This document shows positions 57,016-64,000 of a stretch of DNA of 64,000 bases, in pieces. The number at the start of each line of letters is the position of its first letter. Positions within the stretch are counted from its first letter, which is position 1. The notes beneath the pieces were generated by a model. It did no database searches. It saw nothing but the letters and a program-made list of their open reading frames with translations, and was not told the DNA's origin. Origin of the DNA: Selaginella moellendorffii. Its lineage: Eukaryota > Plantae > Lycopodiophyta. The position numbers and the translations under genes are program-made. The DNA lies in the NCBI RefSeq assembly GCF_000143415.4, contig NW_003314271.1:1-64000 (forward strand), written 5' to 3'.

Positions 57016-57620
57016 CTAGTCCATCGCCGGCCCGTCGTCAAACTCGTCCGGAAGGCAGTAAAAAAAAAGTAACTCATTAATTGCAACTGGGATGTCATCC
57101 AAAGTACAATTCCTGAAAAATAAAATAAAAATAAAAATATAAAACTAAAGAGAAACAAAAGGAAAACTTACTGTCCAACAGTGACCCAGAACATGCCTTT
57201 AGTTGCTTTACTAAATTCTGCTTTGGCACCATTTGGTAGAAACTGGATATTTGGTTTTTTCTGTTGATATGCTTGTTGTGCCTCCTCTAAGCACACGCCC
57301 TTTAAGTAAGGGGGAAAAGTTACCTCCGCAGGCATATCCTCAGGCCGAGGAAAGTAGACCCTTCGTCCCTAGAAATTAAAGAAAGAAAAATAATATCACA
57401 AAGCCTGAGAGAAATATAAAACTTACATTTCTTTCATAGCAAAACCTGTCCATTGGATATCCTCCATGCTCTCTGTCTGCTTTTTTAACTGCTACATATG
57501 GATATGTAGTCTTCACTCGATCGATACCCCCTAAACAAAGAAAAACAGGAAAAGATCAAATCCATCCAGTTTAAAACACTGCACACCTGAGAGAATTCCT
57601 GGAGATGATCTGGTCTTCAT
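57016..57620 (-). CDS. Orphan 4-exon gene encoding a 143-aa protein, intact copy E
   Basis: Same splice sites as copy B give MKTRSSPGILSGGIDRVKTTYPYVAVKKADREHGGYPMDRFCYERNGRRVYFPRPEDMPAEVTFPPYLKGVCLEEAQQAY...FYCLPDEFDDGPAMD* with no stops. Confidence 0.65.
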
Positions 57621-59475
57621 CACTGGAAAAAGCGTTCACACTGGAGCTAAGAGACGAAACTCAACAACAAACCTGCACCGGCAAACTCAGTAAAGACAAG
57701 AGAGAAAAAACAAGCTTGCACAGTTAGACAGGGGAATCTTTGGCCGTCTCCTTGAGATTCGGCCTTCTCGACCTCCCGAAACACAACAAACCTAGAAAGA
57801 AGCAGCTTGGATGGACAATCCCGCCAGTGAGGATCCCTAAAGAAAAAGAGAGAAAAACGAGGGCTTGTAGAGAAAGCTAGACACAACAAACCTGGAAAGA
57901 ACGGGCAGCGATGGCGAGAGAAAGAACACAATCCCGGAAAAACCTAGAAATCCTTCTATCCAACAGCATGGATCGCGCCTCATTTGGCTCAAACGATCCA
58001 ACAGTGTGCATCGTGACTAAAACCTGCAAACTAACCTCTCTTGAGATCAAGCCGGTTGTCCTCCTTAGAAACTCGTAAACTAGCACTTTGTTGTGCGGGC
58101 CGCGGAGCTGGACAAGGTTGTCGTGAGACAAGAAAGGGATGTGTTGCAGAAGTCCCTGCCGCTCTTGTTTATTTCTTCACAGCTACCATCGTCTCCTCTG
58201 TAGACGGAGCCACTCGGCTTTCAGTTTTCATGAAGGAAAACTGGATGAAGAACCGTTGAGACCCGCCGTCAGTAAAAAACCCCCCACAATGATCAGGTCC
58301 ACAGTACTCCAGCAGTGATGCTGGCAGCCAGAAGACCATCTTCGTCACTGTCGGGAACCCTGCTTTGGAGCTTTTGCGGCTTCGATTCTCCAGAAGGAAA
58401 GTGCTTACCGCCACCACCACTACTAGCTGTTTAGCTTGGAGGATCGCACAAACATATCTCTGGTGTCATCAAGAAAGCCACGAACCTCCCAACCTAACAG
58501 AGGCAAGAAAAAATATCAGTAGCTGCAGTAACATTGAATCTAAAGACCTACAGCACCAAGAGGCATTGACCCTGGACTGAAAAGACCTCAAACCAGCCAG
58601 CTGTTTCTCAATTAATAACTAACTATTAAAATAGACCAACTTTGGTTCCCGCTATACGAGATGTCACTGAATGCCAGCAGACTATTACTCTTGTCCATGG
58701 GTTAGAAATTCTGGAGAAAAATAAATAATACGCACCTGCAACGATTTAGAAGAAGTCGAGAGAGCAGTGGGGACCATGGTTATGCTGAAATCCAAATTTT
58801 CCGCAAGGAGCTCCCCAGAAAAACTATTCGTCATTGGATATGTCTCTAGACGGTGATAGTAGAGTCTGTGAGTTCCAATTCCAGAAAGAACGCAGGAGGC
58901 CATCCACAAGTAGATAGCTATAATTCCCTCACCTTTATCTGTTTTCTTCCAGGATGTGAGGCCGCCGGACGAGCTCTTCCTCCACCGGATCATACAGATT
59001 ACGCTTAGTCAGGAGCTTCATATGCCCTGCACAGACCGATGCGATCAACAACAGCCAAGATGCAAGACCAAGAGAAGAAAATTTCCACTCATGAGCTCGC
59101 CGATGCTTCGTCCGCGCCACAATCTTCTGCATATCGGGTGGTGGTCTTGTTGATCAAAGGCCGCGAGTGCCGGTATGTGTTCATCCCGGGATGGAGGACA
59201 GATATCTTGAGCCGGGTGGACAAGATGAGTGAAGCTTGCGAGGACGATGTCTAGACGAAGCGGTGGTGATTTCTCCGTTGGTGTGGCACCAGCGGCTTGT
59301 AGAAAGTGGAAGAATTGAGGTGGCTTTTGAGGAGCTGAGTGGTGAAGCTGTATACAATCTTATGGCAAATGCTTGCTCGACCTGAAAAGGTGTGATTTTT
59401 CCCAAGCAAATAGCTCGTATATCTATCAAGAAGAATGCAACAACGAGCTTACGATCGCGAACTCCTTGATCTTTC

Positions 59476-62400
59476 TTACGCTGCCAGGCTCTTGGAGGCG
59501 ATCTCAAACACATTCTCTGACAGGCCATCGGTTTTAGCAATGCGTTCCAGTTGAGCCTACAAGGACAAAGTCACACACATTTCAGAAGAAAAGACCTGGA
59601 AAACAAACACTGCTTAACCTTAGCCAGCGATTGTCTGCCTTCATCAAAGCGTTTCCACCTCGACAATGACGATACCATTCGCGATGCCATCTGTGAGGAC
59701 GAAGTTGAGATACGAAGAAAGTGTGCTTGCGAGTTACCTGAGAATTCATTTTGTCCAATTGCAAAGTCACCTCTGCCAGAAACTCGTAGCCAGAGCCATC
59801 TTTAGCGTGAAAGTTGACAGCGGTCCGACAGAAAGGACCGATCAAAGAATACACCTGTGTAGCAAGGGATGTTTTAGCTCCTGAGAAAGGTGATCTGAAA
59901 CACGGAACCTTGTTTGGGTTCTTCATATCGAAGGACGGATGATCTAGCAATCGCCTCATGTTCTTAACATTTCCAGGGATATCAGACATAGATTGTAACA
60001 CCAGCCATTTGTTCACAACCTGCATGTTTTTGCTCAGTCTCCATGAAAAAGGAAGCAAAGGAAATTCTTACCAAAGTTTCGTCCTTCCACTGCTCGTAGA
60101 AGTTTGCCAAAGCTTCATCACGCACGTCCCCAGGATTCTGGCAAAGTGAAGAGAGGGCTGCAAATTGATCTGTCATGTTTGTTGCGCTTTTGTATTCGTT
60201 CAAAGCAAGCTCAGTAGTGTCCGCCTCGTCCAGAGAGCAGAGGTAGCCTGCAAATCACGCACTCAACTCTAAGAGAACAACTATCAAGGAAGCGACTCAC
60301 CGAGAGCGAGGTTTTTTAAGGATCTCCTGGCTTTGTTTTTGTGATCGAATGTGTAGTGCGGATCAGAACTTCGGTTTTCAGTCACCTGCATCAGAAAACG
60401 GATGTCATGGCAGAAACAAACACGATAAGTCTATACTCACAGTTTTCAGGAAATCTTGCTTCAGTTTCGACGCAAGCTCTCTTATCACGAATTTTCGGAC
60501 AGTATGTACTGCATCTGGATCTGCAACCTCCATCAAGTCCATCAGTTCGCTTTCTCCAGGAAGTGTTAGTGCCTTTGCCACAAATTCCTGTAATATGTGA
60601 GCCTAGAAGCATGAGAAAAACATGTCTTATCTAACGAAGAATCGTTGAGAATACTGCGCATGCCTTCCACAAATGCGGATGGAACCGCGAGCTGTTCGTT
60701 TCTTTGTGCTTTCGGAATAAGATCCAGCATAAGTTTTCTTCCCATCGTCTGTCCAGCCTCCCATCTGTTAAACTCGTCGGAGTCATGCGCGAGCAAAAAG
60801 AGCAAATCGTCATCCGTCACAGTTGGCGTCACAAGGCGCACGGGAGCACTAAAGTTTCTTAGGAAAGATGGCACAGGTTTCTCAGGCAAATTGAGAAAAG
60901 TGAACTCTTGCTCTTCCTGCAAAAGTACACTGGTTAGAACACCAAAACCAAACAAGATGCACCCTCACCTTATCAACAACAAGTACTGCTGTCTTTGCAG
61001 GTCCCCCCGCTGTGTCTTTCAATGACTTGAGTGATCCTCCATCAAACAACTCGGTCAACACCATATCTTCGCCTTTTGAATTTAGCAGACCCACAGCCAA
61101 TGGTATTAACGTCGGCTCCTTCACAGGTTGCCCAGGTGTAGAAGGAATTTCTTGCCTAAGGAGAAAACGCAGGAGAAATAAAGAATAGAAAGGCCACCTC
61201 TTACTTGCACTTTACAGTATAGCTACGAGCTGCAGCATCATACGCTGTCGAAACAGTAAGAACGGGTGTTCCAGCTTGAGAATACCTGTAAGAACATGGT
61301 CAGGCAGGTGAACACTTGTGCATTAGCTTACCATCTCAAGAAAACTGAAAGATTGGCGGAATTAGCGTCTCGCATAGCAGCAAAGAAATCCTCACAAGTT
61401 ACAGCTTGTCCGTCGTGACGTTCAAAGTACAAGTCCATGCCCTGTGCAACACCGTCTGCAAAGATATAAGAACACTGAACACAAACCTTCCGAAACCCAT
61501 CTTTCCCAAGCAATGTTTGGTACATGCGAACCACTTCCGCACCCTTTTCATACACCTGTAGACATAGACGTAGAATTAAGACGCCTAACAATGTCGTTTT
61601 CGAACTTCTTACCGTCACTACGTCAATAGTAAGGACAGATAACAAAATGTCAGTCGCGGTAAAACTACAATTCTAAAGCTCATACCCGTATAGAAGTTGT
61701 CCATCTGCAAATAAGCTCTTTTTTAGTAAGAGTTTTTAAAGTTTCGAGTTGAATATCTGATACGAATAGAAAAATTAAGTGAATACAACAGCAAAAAAGA
61801 GACTCACATTCAAGCTCTTGTTCTCCATAGCACCCCTACACCATGCATCAGTTACCAAAAACGAACAAAAACAACGGCATCTTACATGTTGAAATCGGGA
61901 ACAGCGACAATGTTAAACAGGTCAAGATCATACTCCAACCCATACACCTGTGCGAAGTTGAGATAAAAGAGACAGAGAGAGAAAAAAGACTTCTACTTAC
62001 ATCCTCATCCCACTTCATTGAAAGCTTGAGAGCATGCATAGCATGCTCTGTCTTTGGGACGTCTTGTGCAGGAGTCCAAATCCTCAGTTGAACATCCCTT
62101 CCTGAACGCGTTTTAAAAGTATCGTCTCTGGACGTGAGTTGCCCCGCTACCAAGGCAAAGAGGTAGCAAGGCTTTTTGAAAGGATCCTCCCACACAGCAT
62201 AATGAAATCCATTCTGACCACAGCACGTCAGGCTCTACACAATGCCAGTGAAGAAACAATGCCAACCTCGAGGTCTCCGGAGTCTATAAGGTTGCCATTC
62301 GACAAAAGAACGGGATACTGTGCTTTGTCCGCTTCTATCCTGGTAGTGAACTTTGCCATAACGTCTGGCCGATCCTGTAATAGCTCGCCAGAATATCAGC

Positions 62401-62623
62401 CAAACATTGTCACAAACAAAGACCTGATAAAAGGTTATTTTTCTAAAACCTTCAGCTTCGCATTGTGTACAAAACATGCCGCTGGAAGACTTGTAGAGCC
62501 CCTGTTGGAGAAAAAAAAGTAACCATACTAAAAAACTTGATCCCACTTACTTCGAGAGACAAGTTAGTCTCCGGGTGTATCTCAGAGCCAATCTCTAAAT
62601 CAAAAGGCTGAACAGGAAGTGAC
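59476..62623 (-). pseudogene. M1 aminopeptidase N, copy 3: zinc-binding exons deleted, 5' end interrupted
   Basis: At about 61738 the sequence jumps roughly 525 bp relative to copy 1, removing the HEYFH...LKEG exons; homology ends at 62623. Confidence 0.9.
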
Positions 62624-64000
62624 TCATTCTTCTATTTCACAGCCTCTGCCGTGTGAAGCACTAGACAACCTTTAACTCAACTCAGGTATGACAATGGCGC
62701 ACCATAGAAACTCGTTTTGAATTGAAACTCAAAAGTTCCTTAAGACTAAAGGCAAACGATTGCTGGATCTCAGGCCTAGGATTGCCTTGGTAAACTTGGT
62801 TTTGAGAAAAAATTAATGCTTTTTGAGATCAAGTCATAACATCAATGCTTTATTAAGGTTCACTTGTTAGAGTTTGTTCTTTTGCAAGAGGTAAAATGAA
62901 AGTCTTCAAAAACTGTGTTGGACTTTCGTTGATTTCCGTTGACTTTGAGCTCTCAGGTCAGCTGGTGCATGTTCCCTTTCTTTCTTTTTTTTTTTTGTGT
63001 GAGACTCCTTTGATTTTGCTACAGTGGTAAAAAACTGTCAGGTAGTGTGGTAGGCCATAATTGTTTATGTTTGAGGGATTTGCAAAAGCTTCCCACAATA
63101 TTTGTTTCTCAAGGATATTATCTATCTATTGTTTATAATCTTGTGGTGCCCAACCGGGAAGCACGTGACAAATGAATGCAAGTGTTTGTGAAATTTGCTA
63201 ATATGAAAGAACAAGGATTTACTTTGGCATTGATCAAATTTGCAAGAATAGTTCTTGGATGCTGCCCTTCTAGACATCACCTGCACATATCTGCGAGAAA
63301 GAGCTTCCACTGTTCTAAGAGAATCGTCGTCTGATCAGCAAGACATTTACCTCCACGATTTTCTCTGAGGCTTCTGGGACCAGGATCGCTTCCACGAAAA
63401 CTTCTGCGACCTGATCCACGAGCCACAAGACCTTTTAGATGCATGCTTTCCTGCTAGAGTTTCTTACCTTATTTTGACAATTATGGTTAATCACTAGGAC
63501 TTATACTTACTTTCTCTTATTTTCAATCTACATATCTCTTATTAAATGGATATCTAAAGTCTCACAAGAAAGTATTTCATTTATTCAATCATCAAGGTTA
63601 AAACCATAAGTTCCCATGATGACCCAACATCAAAAAGCATGTAAAATGTTTAGTTAGTAAGACAATAAATTTTACTTTAGTCGAGAAAATAATTCAAAGT
63701 AGTAGTTAATGCCGTCCGCAGGCAAGGATCCTTATCGGCACTGGGCAAGATTAGCTCAAATTTGTTGTCATCCCAGACAATATGAGGCGATCAAGAACAC
63801 GAATCCCTCTAAACGCCCCATCCAAATCGTACTAGAAAATTCGGCCCAGCTCTCTAATTGCAAGTAGCTGGATAAAGAACGATATAATTTCCTCTCTTTA
63901 GTTAGCTAGTGTCTCTCTTGGTGAAAAGCTTAAAAGCCAAATGCCGGCCTGAGCTAAGGTTGACCAAGCCACGATAAGTCGAACACTTGGACTTTCTTAA
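62624..64000. repeat. Second copy of the composite block at 37793-39177
   Basis: Collinear near-identity through to the window end (...cacttggactttcttaa). Confidence 0.88.

Noticed and set aside
58685-58993. THRLYYHR as a desaturase histidine box (related text near 30100-30330)
   Set aside because: Single short motif in a chimeric fragment; no other desaturase boxes or membrane pattern.

Overview
Eukaryotic, gene-dense plant nuclear DNA with very short (about 50-70 nt) introns and a PLS-like PPR gene, most consistent with a lycophyte such as Selaginella (inference). Bases 1-13.2 kb are an orderly block of genes: AspRS 3' end, a CFAP77-like ciliary gene, glutaminyl cyclase, a small membrane-protein ORF behind a dense P1BS/HSE cluster, an NT-C2 protein, SMU1 and a PPR gene. 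From about 13.2 kb to the end the window is a decaying segmental-duplication mosaic. It holds five pieces of an M1 aminopeptidase N gene (one intact, one missing its transit peptide, three broken), PPR pseudocopies and two Crinkler-like REase+kinase pseudogenes. It also holds a bacterial-type isocyanide-hydratase (DJ-1/PfpI) gene with one intron, a TIC62-like Rossmann pseudogene, fragments of GH1, RLK, DDX52 and SMU1, and copia/TRIM/LINE-like debris. A 4-exon, 143-aa orphan gene that the ORF track cannot show is present in five copies, two with fully open spliced frames.
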